A stretch of 64,000 nt of DNA. Source: an uncultured delta proteobacterium (GTDB taxonomy: Bacteria > Myxococcota_A > Polyangia > Polyangiales > B10-G4). The first letter of the stretch is position 1. Each line of letters opens with the position of its first letter. Of this stretch, positions 19,592-29,177 are shown one piece after another. The notes under the pieces are model-generated. The model worked only from the letters and a program-made list of their open reading frames with translations, had not been told where the DNA came from and made no database searches. The position numbers were made by a program, and so were the translations under genes. The DNA lies in assembly GCA_963727445.1 (NCBI GenBank), contig CAVSGI010000006.1:704001-768000 (forward strand), given 5' to 3'.

Positions 19592-21022
19592 TCAAGGCAT
19601 GCGGGTCGTGAAGCGCAGGGGCTGGTCGAAGGTGACGCGGCCGCCGGTGGGGGGCGGGAAGCTCCAGCGTTGCGCCTCCTGGGTGACGCACTGGCGGAAG
19701 CGCTGCGAGGGGGCGGAGCCGCGCCGCTGGATCAGCTGCGCGCGCTCGACGCGGCCCGTGAGGCCGATGGTGACGCGGAGGCTGAAGACGCCCGAAGGCG
19801 GCTCGCCGCGGCGGGCTTCCTGTTGGTGGCAGGCCTGAAGGTTGCGCATCCCGGCGCGTACGGGGGGCGCGAGGAGCGCGGGCGGGAGATAGCCCTCGCG
19901 CTCGGGTGGGGCATCGGGGACGAGCGCGGCGCCCTCGACCACCTCGCCCGTCTCGCCGACCTCGACCAGCTGCGTCTCGAGACGACCCTCCAAGGCTCCG
20001 ATGCCGACCTCGACCTCGCCCCGTGGGACGCGCATCGCGAGGACGCCGCTGGCCTCGATGTCCCGGCTGCCCACGCGGATGCGGTGCGCGCCCTGGCCCA
20101 CACGAACCCTGAGCACCGGCCAATCGGCGGCCTCTCCGGTGAGCCCGACCGGCCTCCGAACGCTCTGTGGCCCCCACACCACGAAGCCCGAACGCCAGGC
20201 GCCTGGCGCCTGCACGACCGCTTCGATCCGCTCGCCGCGCGACACCTCCACCACACCCTCGGCCACCACCAGGGCGACGTCCTCGGCCTTGCGACTCACC
20301 GCGAAGCGCGTGCCGCGCACACGAAAGACGTAGGGACCCGCGTGCACCTCGTAGCGATCGCCGAGCGCGAGATGCGCCACCTGGTTGGCGACCGTCCCGT
20401 GCGCGAGATCGAGGGTGACGCGCCCCTCACGGAGCTCCGCGACCCTCACTTCGGTGTGAGCCTCGAGCGCCATGCCCGTGCCCTCCGCGAAGCGGACGTG
20501 CGCTTCGGACGATTCGTCGGCGATGAGCACGCTGTTCTCTGCAACCGCGCCACCCGGCGCGGTCTCCACCTCACCGTCGAGATGCACCTGTCCCGCCACA
20601 AGGGTGAGCTCGCCGTTCACCGCCGCCCGCGGCGCTTCTGGCTGTGCAGGCGCCGCGGTCTGAACGCCGCGCGTGGCGAAGGAGCTGTCCTCGCCCGTGT
20701 GGCCCGCCACCCAGACGAAGAAGAGCGCGGCGGCGGCGAAGGCGAGGAAGACCATCGGTGCGACGGCCTTGCGATCACTCACCTCCCGGGCCGCCTCATG
20801 GGCGGCGCGCCTCAGCGGCAGCTCCATCCGCGGATAGTCGGGCGTCGGGATGGGCGCGCGCTTCACGTCCTGCAGCAGCGCGTCGTAGGCGCGCATGGAG
20901 GCGAGCGCTTCGAGACAGACCTCGCACGCCCCGAGGTGCCTCTCCACGCGACGGCGTCCGTCGTCGGAGAGCAGCTCCGCGTCGTAGGCGAGGAGCGCCG
21001 CGATCTTGGGCTCGTGACTCAT
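19592..21022 (-). CDS. anti-sigma factor: zf-HC2 + TM + FecR-like + TonB-C/GltG-like C-terminal domain
   Basis: HLGACEVC, one TM and a FecR-like VRGTRFAV..VAEGVVEV segment. The C-terminus resembles the GltG C-domain at 59131-60573. Overlaps the ECF sigma stop (ATGA). Confidence 0.8.
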   Translation of the reverse strand: MSHEPKIAALLAYDAELLSDDGRRRVERHLGACEVCLEALASMRAYDALLQDVKRAPIPTPDYPRMELPLRRAAHEAAREVSDRKAVAPMVFLAFAAAALFFVWVAGHTGEDSSFATRGVQTAAPAQPEAPRAAVNGELTLVAGQVHLDGEVETAPGGAVAENSVLIADESSEAHVRFAEGTGMALEAHTEVRVAELREGRVTLDLAHGTVANQVAHLALGDRYEVHAGPYVFRVRGTRFAVSRKAEDVALVVAEGVVEVSRGERIEAVVQAPGAWRSGFVVWGPQSVRRPVGLTGEAADWPVLRVRVGQGAHRIRVGSRDIEASGVLAMRVPRGEVEVGIGALEGRLETQLVEVGETGEVVEGAALVPDAPPEREGYLPPALLAPPVRAGMRNLQACHQQEARRGEPPSGVFSLRVTIGLTGRVERAQLIQRRGSAPSQRFRQCVTQEAQRWSFPPPTGGRVTFDQPLRFTTRMP

Positions 21023-21693
21023 CGCGGCTCCCCCGCGGCAGGGGTGGGGCGGCGCTCGCGGGCCGGGGTCGGGGCCGGAGGCGCGGCGACAAGGCCCGGC
21101 TTGCCCGGAAGGTCGGGCAGCACCGCCTCGACGGCCGGCCGCAAACGGGGGTCGGCGGCGATGGCGGCGTACAGCTCCTTGCGTGCGTAGAAGAGGCGGG
21201 TGCGGACGGTCAGCACCGGCGCGTCCACCACGTCGGCGATCTCCTTGGCCGGCATCCCCTCGAGGTCGTGGAGCACGAGCACCGTGCGTTTCTTCTCGCT
21301 CAGGGTCTCGAGGAGCGCGTAGAGGGCCCGCACCCGCTCGCCGCGCTCGGCCACCACGTCCGGCGTCTCCGGCGGCTTGGCGTCGCGGGGCGCCTCGGGC
21401 ACCTCCACGTCCGCGAAACGGGGCCGGCTCCGCCCACGTCGCAGATGCATTCGGGCGACGTTCAGGGTGAGGCGATAGAGCCAGGTGGAAAACTTCGCGT
21501 CGCCTCTGAACTTCGGCAGCGATCGATAGACGTGGACGAAGACATCCTGGACGACGTCCTCGACCTCGTTGGAGGGGCCCAGCACCCGGTAGACCAGGCG
21601 GGTGACGTCTCCCCGGTGCTTCACGAAGAGCTCACCAAAGGCCTTCTCGTCGCCCGCCTGGGCTCTCGCGATCAGCGGATCATGGCCAGCCAT
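21019..21693 (-). CDS. ECF sigma-70 factor
   Basis: DVVQDVF, FRGDAKFSTWLYR and region 4 EIADVV..TVRTRLFYARK. Confidence 0.92.
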   Translation of the reverse strand: MAGHDPLIARAQAGDEKAFGELFVKHRGDVTRLVYRVLGPSNEVEDVVQDVFVHVYRSLPKFRGDAKFSTWLYRLTLNVARMHLRRGRSRPRFADVEVPEAPRDAKPPETPDVVAERGERVRALYALLETLSEKKRTVLVLHDLEGMPAKEIADVVDAPVLTVRTRLFYARKELYAAIAADPRLRPAVEAVLPDLPGKPGLVAAPPAPTPARERRPTPAAGEPR

Positions 21694-22062
21694 CGGCTTG
21701 TTCTCGCCCTCGAGGGCTCTCACAGAATGGGGCTTTTCGCCCCAGGCTGCTGTTGTGGCAGACGATAGCATGCGGCTGTTTCCGGATTGCTGAGGGTTCG
21801 TTGCCCTCCCGGTCAGAGCCGTTCATCGAAACGGGCTTCGCCCGATTCGGAAATCGACTTTTTCGCAGCCGTCAGCGGGACTTGCGGTTCAGGATCTCGA
21901 CGACGTCCTGGCCCACGAGAAGCGCGACGACCACCAATACCGAAGCGACCACCATGGGCCCACGCTCGCCGAGGGGGGCCTGGCGGGTCCAAAAAACGGC
22001 AGAAATAGTCGTCGGTCGACGCTTGTCATGCCCAGAAGGATGGACTAATCGGCGAACCTGAC

Positions 22063-23241
22063 GTGATCGAGGTCGAGCAGCTCACGAAGCGCTACGGCGC
22101 TCGAACAGCGGTGGCCGACATCTCCTTCTCCGTGGAGAAGGGCGAGGTGGTGGGCTTTCTCGGCCCGAATGGCGCCGGCAAGAGCACGACCCTTCGCATG
22201 ATCACGGGCTTCGTCGCCCCCACCGCGGGGACGGTGCGGGTCGGTGGGGTCGACGCGCTCGCGGACCCCCTCGGGGCCCGGCGCCAGATCGGCTACATGC
22301 CCGAGGGTGTCCCCCTCTATCCCGAGATGCGCGTCCGCGAGTACCTGCGCTATCGAGCGGAGCTCAAGGAGGTTTCGCCCCGGGACCTGAAGCGACGGGT
22401 GGGCGAGGCCCTGGAGAAGGCGGACGTCAAAGACGTCGAGGACCGCATCATCGGCCAGCTCTCGAAGGGCTACCGGCAGCGCGTGGGCCTGGCCGACGCC
22501 CTGGTCTCCGATCCACCCCTGTTGATCCTCGACGAGCCCACCGCGGGCCTCGACCCCAATCAGATCCGCCAGGTCCGCGACCTCATCCGTAGCTTCGAGG
22601 GCAAGAAGACCGTCTTCCTCTCCACCCACATCCTGTCCGAGGTGGAGGCGAGCTGCAGTCGCGTGGTGATCATCCACCGCGGCCGCCTGGTGGGTGAGGG
22701 CGCCCCCGAGAGCCTCCGCGACCGCTCCGCCGGCGAGCAGCAGGTCACCTTGGTGGCCCGCGGTGACGAGGAGAAGCTCCGCGACGGGCTCCACGGGGTG
22801 GACGGCGTTCACGGCATCGTCGAATCACGGGCCCGCGGCGACGAGGTCCACGATATCCACCTCAGAACGGTCGGCGGCCCCGAGGTGATGGAGCGGATCT
22901 TCGGCGCCGTCGTCGAGGCCGGCGCCGTCCTGCGCGCCCTGTCGCGCGAAGAGGAGCGCCTCGAGGACGTCTTCGCCACGCTCACGGCGAAGGAGGCCGA
23001 GGAGCTGAGGGAAGGGTTGGGGGAGTCGGATTCGGAGACCGACACGGAGACTGGTGCAGGGTCGGACGCGGACGCGGAGACGGACGCAGGGTCGGACGCG
23101 GAGCCGGACGCAGGGTCGGACGCGGACGCGGAGACGGAGACGGACGCAGACGACGACGCAAACGACGACGACGCGGACGATGACGATGACGCGGACGACG
23201 ACGATGACGCGGACGACGACGACGCGGAGGACGAGAAGTGA
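22063..23241 (+). CDS. ABC transporter ATP-binding protein (GldA-like) with long Asp-rich tail
   Basis: GPNGAGKST, LSKGYRQR, LILDEPT and STH motifs. About 70-aa acidic low-complexity C-terminus. Confidence 0.93.
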   Translation: MIEVEQLTKRYGARTAVADISFSVEKGEVVGFLGPNGAGKSTTLRMITGFVAPTAGTVRVGGVDALADPLGARRQIGYMPEGVPLYPEMRVREYLRYRAELKEVSPRDLKRRVGEALEKADVKDVEDRIIGQLSKGYRQRVGLADALVSDPPLLILDEPTAGLDPNQIRQVRDLIRSFEGKKTVFLSTHILSEVEASCSRVVIIHRGRLVGEGAPESLRDRSAGEQQVTLVARGDEEKLRDGLHGVDGVHGIVESRARGDEVHDIHLRTVGGPEVMERIFGAVVEAGAVLRALSREEERLEDVFATLTAKEAEELREGLGESDSETDTETGAGSDADAETDAGSDAEPDAGSDADAETETDADDDANDDDADDDDDADDDDDADDDDAEDEK

Positions 23242-23990
23242 GGGGCACCTGGACGATCGCGAAGCGGGAGATCCAGGCGTTCTTCGTCAGTCCGATCGCC
23301 TACGTGATGCTCACCGTCTTCCTGCTGGTGCAGGGGCTCAGCCTCTATCTCTTCGCGTCGTACTTCGCGACGAGTCAGTACTCGCCGGGGGCCGTGAGCC
23401 AGACGCCGCTCACGATGTTCTTCGGCAACTCCACCCTCTACTACATCGTCCTTCTGGTCTTCGTGCCGCTGATGACGATGCGGCTGATCGCCGAAGAGAA
23501 GCGCACCGGCACGCTGGAGGCGCTGCTGACGGTGCCCATCACCGAGTGGCAGCTCGTCCTCGGCAAGTACGTCGCGGCCCTCGTCTTCTGGGTCGCGCTC
23601 TGGCTGCCGACCCTGCTCTACGTCTGGATCCTCAGCCACTACGGCGACATCGATCCGGGCGTCGTCGCCGCGAGCTACCTCGGTGTCTTCGGGATCGGCG
23701 CCTATTACCTCGCCATCGGCCTGCTCATGAGCGCCCTGTCGCAGAGCCAGATCGTCGCCGCCGCGCTCACCTTCCTCGTCGTGATGCTCCTCTTCCTCCT
23801 GGGCATCTTCGAGATGGTCAATCCGTCCTCGGAAGCGGCCGCCGTTCTCAAGGTGGTGAGCGTCTGGGGCCACATGGCGGACTTCTCGAAGGGGATCATC
23901 GATACGCGCTACCTGATCTTCCAGGCCTCGGTCGTGGTCGTCGCCATCTTCACGGCGGTGCGGGTGCTGCAGTCGCGGAGGTACGGCTGA
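23238..23990 (+). CDS. ABC-2 type permease (GldF-like)
   Basis: Six TMs and TMRLIAEEKRTGTLEALLT..LVLGKY. Confidence 0.88.
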   Translation: MRGTWTIAKREIQAFFVSPIAYVMLTVFLLVQGLSLYLFASYFATSQYSPGAVSQTPLTMFFGNSTLYYIVLLVFVPLMTMRLIAEEKRTGTLEALLTVPITEWQLVLGKYVAALVFWVALWLPTLLYVWILSHYGDIDPGVVAASYLGVFGIGAYYLAIGLLMSALSQSQIVAAALTFLVVMLLFLLGIFEMVNPSSEAAAVLKVVSVWGHMADFSKGIIDTRYLIFQASVVVVAIFTAVRVLQSRRYG

Positions 23991-23991
23991 G

Positions 23992-25546
23992 ATGGCCGAA
24001 GCCGCGAAGAAGCCCAGCCCCGAGGAGGCCCTCGAGAAAGCGGCGGCCCTTCGGGCACGCGGTCAGCTCCACGTCTGGGCGTCCGTGATCCTGATGGCTT
24101 TCATCGTGATCGAGGTGAACTACCTGAGCCACCGTCACTTCGAGCGCTGGGACTGGACGGAGAAATCGATCTACACGCTCTCCGATCGCACCGAGGCCGA
24201 GCTCGCCGCCCTCGACCACGACGTTCAGCTCTATCTCTTTCTCTCCGAGGCCGAGCCCAACTATCCGGAGGTGCAGGAGCTCTTGACCCGCTACCGCGCC
24301 GAGACCGATCGACTCACCGTCGAGCTCGTCGATCCCGATCGCGAGCCCTCGGAGTTTCAGGTGCTGGCTCAGCGTTTCGGCATCAACGCCGGCACGACCG
24401 AGTCCGGCGAGACGATGGCCGACGTCGCGGCGGTGGTGGTGAGCGGCGACGAGAAGTGGACCATCACGCGCGACGACATGATCGGTCTCGACTTCGGCTC
24501 CCTCGAGGACGAAGAGGGCGGCCCGAAGGTCGACGTCAAAGCCGAGCAGGCGATCACGGGCGCCATCGTGCAGGTGACGGCCGGCGAGAGCACCAAGGTC
24601 TGCGCAGCGACCGGTCACGGCGAGTGGTCGAAGGACGGGACCGGCGACCGCTCGCTCTTCTCCCTCGCAGACGAGCTCCGCCGCGACAACATCGAGGTCG
24701 AGCCGGTGGAGCTCCTGGGTGCGGTCGAGGTGCCCGAGGACTGCGACGCGCTCTTCATCGTCGGCCCGGCGCGACCCTACGGCCCCGAGGAAGCCGCCGC
24801 CGTCGACCATTACCTCGAAAACGGAGGGGCGGCGCTCCTCGCCCTGCCACCGATCCTCGAGCGCGACCGGATCCTGTCGAGCGGCCTCGAGCGCGTCCTT
24901 TCGCGGTGGGGGGCCGAGGTGGATCCGAGCCTGGTGCTCGAGATGAATCCCGAAAGGCTCATCCCGCCCCCGAGCCCGCCGGGCCCCTACCTCGTCGCCG
25001 ATTGGGGTGACCACCGCACCATGGACGCGCTCGCCCGCATGGGCGGCGCCGGGCTCTTCGCCATGTCCAGGAGCGTGCGGCCGGTGGAGGGGATCGGCGG
25101 CGGCGACGCTCTTGTCGACGAGCGCCGAGAGCTGGGCGGCGATGGGCACGCTGCCGCCCGCCGACGCCCTCGAGCCGCGCTCCGGTGATCTCGAAGGTCC
25201 CGTGAGCCTCGGCGTGGCCTTCGAACGCCCGGCGCCGGAGGGCGGGGAGGCGGCCGAGGGCGCGCGCACTCACGAGGGCCGTGTGGTGGTGATCGGGAGC
25301 GCCGACTGGCTGCAGTCGATGCCGATGCGCGACCCGCGCTTCGTGAACCTGGACCTCGCGCTCGCGCTCACCGGATGGCTCACGGAGCGAGAGACGCTCA
25401 TCTCCATCGCGCCGAAGCAGATCGACGCCGAGCCGATGATGATCACCGAGGAGGACCTCGGCGCGCTCGCGATCCGCCTCTTGGGGCTCATGCCCGGCGC
25501 CATGCTCCTGCTCGGTTTCGCCATGTGGTGGTCGAGGCGATCATGA
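23992..25546 (+). CDS. GldG-like ABC auxiliary component (apparent +1 frameshift in G-run near 25090)
   Basis: RWDWTE..YTLS, TGHGE and LFIVGP motifs. Removing one G joins it to the frame encoding GRVVVIGS..WL and the C-terminal TM. Confidence 0.8.
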
Positions 25547-27759
25547 GGTTCGAAGAGCGCATTCAGCGGACCACGATCCTGCTGGCCGTCGTCGCGGTGG
25601 CTTTGGCGGCGTTCATCGGCCTCTACGAGCGGGGGACGCTCTCGAGCGGCGAGCTGGCGGAGCGGCGCGGGCGGCTGCTGCCGCGCTTCGTGCGAAACCG
25701 CGTCGACAAGGTCGTGATCGACCGCGCGGAGGGACGCATCGTGCTCGAGCGCGAGCGCCAGGAAGAGGACGAGGTCGGCGAGTGGAACCTCGTCGAGCCG
25801 ATGGCCTGGCCCGCGGACATGGACGCGGTGGACACGCTCCTCGGGGCGCTCGAGTGGGCGAGCGCGCGCCGGACCCTCGAGGGCATCGACGAGGCGGATC
25901 GCGCGCGCTTCGGCTTCGACGACCCGCGCCTGACGGCGTCCTTCACCGCGGCTGATCAGGAGGTCCCGCTCACCTTCGGGGGCGAGGACGCCACCCAGAG
26001 CGGCCTCTATCTGACCCTCGACGATCCGGAGACGGCCTACGTCGTCGGTCAGGATCTCCTCGAGGCGCTCGATCACGACGCCGATCACTTCCGCGACCGC
26101 GAGCTCCTCGCGCGCTTCGGGACCAGCACCGTGAACGTTGTCGAGATCGAGGACGGCGGCGGCCGGCGCCGTGTCGTGCGCCAGGACGACCGCTTCCACC
26201 TCGAAGAGCCGGTGACGGGCTTCGCGTCCGGACCCAAGGTGCGCGAGCTCCTTCACGACCTCGGCGGGCTGACGGCGACGCGCTTCGTCGACGAATCCCC
26301 CAGGGATTTGTCCCAGTATGGCCTCGACGCGCCCTCGCGCACCGTCCACCTCGAACGCGAAGCGCTCCCCGACCAGAAGGGGTCCCTCGACATTCGCTTC
26401 GGCGCGCTCTGCGAAGGCGAAGAGGGTGAGGTGTACGTGCGCGTCGACGAAGGGCCGGTGGTCTGCGCCGCGGAGGTCGAGGCGCTCGCGGCGCCGGCCG
26501 AGGAGCTGCGCGAGTCGCGGCTCGTGACCACGGACGAGACCGAGCTCGAGCGCCTCACCATCGAGCAGGATGGAAAGACCCTGGTCCTGTCCCGCGACCC
26601 CGACGAGATGAGCTTCACACTCACCGGCGCCGGTGATGAGCCGATCGACGTCGACGAGGAAGCACTCGCCGAGTTCATGCGCGAGCTCCGGAGCGTGCGC
26701 GCCACGGGCTATCAGGAGGGCACACCGCCCTCGTCCCCATGGCTGATCCTCTCCTTCGTCGGCAGCGACGACGAGGTCGTCGAAGAGGTGCGCGTGGGAC
26801 GTCCGAGCGCCACCGGCCTGGTGGCGCAGCGCGGGGACGAGCCCGTCCTCGTGACGCTGGCGCCGGAAGCCGCCCAGGTGCTCACCATCGGAACCCTCCG
26901 CTTCCGCAGCCGCCGGCTCGTCGAAGAAGACGGAGACGAGGCGACCCTGCTGGACGTCACGAAAGACGTCCGTCAAACGATGGAGCGCGACGACCTCTCG
27001 TGGCGCATGAGCGCGCCCTTCGTCGCCGCCGCCGAGAGGCCGGTCGTCCGAGACGCCGTGCGCGAGGTGGCGAGCCTCGAGGCGGTGCGCTTCGTGTCGG
27101 AGAGCGCCACCGCGGCGCAGGGACTCGGCCGCATCCGCGCCACCGTGCGCTTCGAGACCGGCGCTGGGGACGAGGAGCACGCCCACGAAGAGGAGGGCGG
27201 CGACGAGCCCGACCGGCCCGAGCTCCGGAACGTGACCCTCGAGATCGGCGCGGATACGGACGATGGCGCCTTCGCGCGTCTCGAAGGCGACCCGGCGGTC
27301 TTCGTGGTGACCCACGCGGTGGTCGATGCGCTGTCGGCCGATTTCGTCTCGCGCAGCGTCCTCGCCACCGAGCTCGATCAGATGGCTGGGATCACCATCG
27401 AGCGCGAGGGTCTGAGCGCGACGCTCAGCAAGGAAGACGACGGATGGCACACCGCGGACGGGGGCATCGCCGATCGCGAGCGCACCCGGGCCCTGGCCGA
27501 CGCGGTCGCCTTGTTGCGGATCACGGAAGTCGCGGCCTACGGCGCGCCGCAGCCAGCCTTCGGCTTGTCCGCGCCCCGGGTGCGGGTGACCGTCCGCCGC
27601 CGCGCGTCGGCCGCGCCGCCGGAGAGCTACACGGTCGCCATCGGGGCCGAGGCGCCCGGCGAAGCCGCCCCGCGCACCTACGTCCGTCGCGAGGACCTCG
27701 CTGCCACCTTCCTCGTCCCGAGCGACCTGGTCGAGGTCTTCTCCACCTACACGCCCTGA
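25543..27759 (+). CDS. DUF4340-like repeat periplasmic protein
   Basis: N-terminal TM and repeated W.L.EP...AD / YGLD.P units. Coupled to the GldG-like gene by an ATGA overlap. Confidence 0.75.
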   Translation: MRFEERIQRTTILLAVVAVALAAFIGLYERGTLSSGELAERRGRLLPRFVRNRVDKVVIDRAEGRIVLERERQEEDEVGEWNLVEPMAWPADMDAVDTLLGALEWASARRTLEGIDEADRARFGFDDPRLTASFTAADQEVPLTFGGEDATQSGLYLTLDDPETAYVVGQDLLEALDHDADHFRDRELLARFGTSTVNVVEIEDGGGRRRVVRQDDRFHLEEPVTGFASGPKVRELLHDLGGLTATRFVDESPRDLSQYGLDAPSRTVHLEREALPDQKGSLDIRFGALCEGEEGEVYVRVDEGPVVCAAEVEALAAPAEELRESRLVTTDETELERLTIEQDGKTLVLSRDPDEMSFTLTGAGDEPIDVDEEALAEFMRELRSVRATGYQEGTPPSSPWLILSFVGSDDEVVEEVRVGRPSATGLVAQRGDEPVLVTLAPEAAQVLTIGTLRFRSRRLVEEDGDEATLLDVTKDVRQTMERDDLSWRMSAPFVAAAERPVVRDAVREVASLEAVRFVSESATAAQGLGRIRATVRFETGAGDEEHAHEEEGGDEPDRPELRNVTLEIGADTDDGAFARLEGDPAVFVVTHAVVDALSADFVSRSVLATELDQMAGITIEREGLSATLSKEDDGWHTADGGIADRERTRALADAVALLRITEVAAYGAPQPAFGLSAPRVRVTVRRRASAAPPESYTVAIGAEAPGEAAPRTYVRREDLAATFLVPSDLVEVFSTYTP

Positions 27760-27765
27760 GGATCA

Positions 27766-27863
27766 GGGGACGCAAGATTGACAATTGACTTTCTCCCGGC
27801 CCCGCACGCTTCCGCCGATCCCCTTGGCGTTAGGAGAAAGTCAATTGTCAATCTTGCGTCCCC
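27766..27863. mobile_element. 98-bp MITE/REPIN-like element with perfect 31-bp terminal inverted repeats
   Basis: GGGGACGCAAGATTGACAATTGACTTTCTCC (27766-27796) and its exact reverse complement (27833-27863) flank a 36-bp spacer. AT-rich relative to its surroundings. Confidence 0.7.
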
Positions 27864-28413
27864 AAGCGCGCGCTGCCCACTCGGGGCTCACGTGTGCGCG
27901 GACGGCGCCGGCGGCCTTCTCCTGGGCGAAGCGAAGCGCGGCCATCATGGCACATTCGCCCGCGTCGAAGACGGCGGCCTGTGCGGCCTGAGTAGCCGCC
28001 ATCGGCGCAACGGCCGGATCCTCGATCGCCGCCAGCGCCGCGAGGGCGGCCTGAGCCGCCGCCTGAACCGCAGGGTCGGGTGCCTCCGCGGAGAGCGCCT
28101 CGAGAGAGGCGCGCGCCCGGGCGACCTCGACCTCGTTTGCGCTTCCCTCGCTGAAGGCGTCGGCGACTCTCAGGGCTTCCTGCGCTCGCGTCTCGTCATC
28201 GGGGAGAAAGTCGAAGGCGGTGCGCGCCGCGGCCGCGGCCGCGCGCACCACGACCGTCGTCTCGGCGCCCAGGCGCACGGCGATGCCGAGGAGCCAATCC
28301 CCGCGCGGGCACAGAGCCCAGAGCTCAGCGACCTCCTCCGGGGCCTCGCGCGCCCAGCTCACGATGTCGTGATGCGCGCCGGCTTCTTGCAGCCAATCCG
28401 CGAACTCGCTCAG
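27841..28413 (-). CDS. Ala-rich helical hypothetical protein (weak Imm5-like resemblance)
   Basis: Coding-like frame from SEFADWL onward. The apparent start is a CTG overlapping the upstream TGA (CTGA). The stop is supplied by the inverted-repeat element. Confidence 0.6.
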   Translation of the reverse strand: MSEFADWLQEAGAHHDIVSWAREAPEEVAELWALCPRGDWLLGIAVRLGAETTVVVRAAAAAARTAFDFLPDDETRAQEALRVADAFSEGSANEVEVARARASLEALSAEAPDPAVQAAAQAALAALAAIEDPAVAPMAATQAAQAAVFDAGECAMMAALRFAQEKAAGAVRAHVSPEWAARAWGRKIDN

Positions 28414-29045
28414 GAGTCGTCGCCCTCGGCCGCCGGCGCGGGCTCGAGCGTCTCGTGTCCGCGGTACTCGAGCAGGCCGTTGGAGATGTTGAAGCCCGTG
28501 CCGCTGATCCGCGCGAAGCGACCGCTGACTTTGACCTTGGCGCCGACGTTGAAGTCCGTCGGGATCGGAAGCATGCCCGACTCGGGATCGACCTCGAGGG
28601 GATGGCCCCGCTCCGCCGCTTCGACGGCCTCGTCGATCTGCGTCTGGTTCTCCGCGTAACCCACGACGGTCAGCCGCTTGGTCGCGTCCGACTCTTCCTG
28701 GGTGTCGGCGATCCACATGTGCGGGGCCGTGGCCGGCGGACAGTTCTCTTCATCCGGGCACTCCGGCGGCACGTAGACCTCGACGATGTAGCCAGTGACT
28801 TCGAGCTCGGTGTTGATGGTGTTCGCCAACCGATGGCGCACGCCATAGACGCTGTAGCTCGAGTCGCCGTACTGCACCGGGAACGGCGGCGGCGGCAGCG
28901 TGGGCACCGCCGGCAGGTTCGGCTGAACGTCCGGGAGTCGCTCGATGGTGAGGTCCTCCGCGGGCTGCGGTCCGCAGCCGAGGGCCCACGACGACAGGCC
29001 CGAGATCAAAGACAGCGTGGTCAGCGCGCGAAGCGTGCGATTCAT
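28410..29045 (-). CDS. hypothetical lipoprotein (possible OB-fold)
   Basis: Lipobox ALGC, Pro-rich linker and beta-strand-rich domain. Confidence 0.7.
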   Translation of the reverse strand: MNRTLRALTTLSLISGLSSWALGCGPQPAEDLTIERLPDVQPNLPAVPTLPPPPFPVQYGDSSYSVYGVRHRLANTINTELEVTGYIVEVYVPPECPDEENCPPATAPHMWIADTQEESDATKRLTVVGYAENQTQIDEAVEAAERGHPLEVDPESGMLPIPTDFNVGAKVKVSGRFARISGTGFNISNGLLEYRGHETLEPAPAAEGDDS

Positions 29046-29177
29046 CGTCTAGTTCCCCGTCCTTGGCCCCGAATGGGCGCGGGTCGGACCCTAACACGGG
29101 CCGCTTTCTGAGGAGAAGTCCCAGATTCCCCCAAGAGCCGATCCGCCCGATCCGCCGCGGGAGGTCTCCGGATCGGC

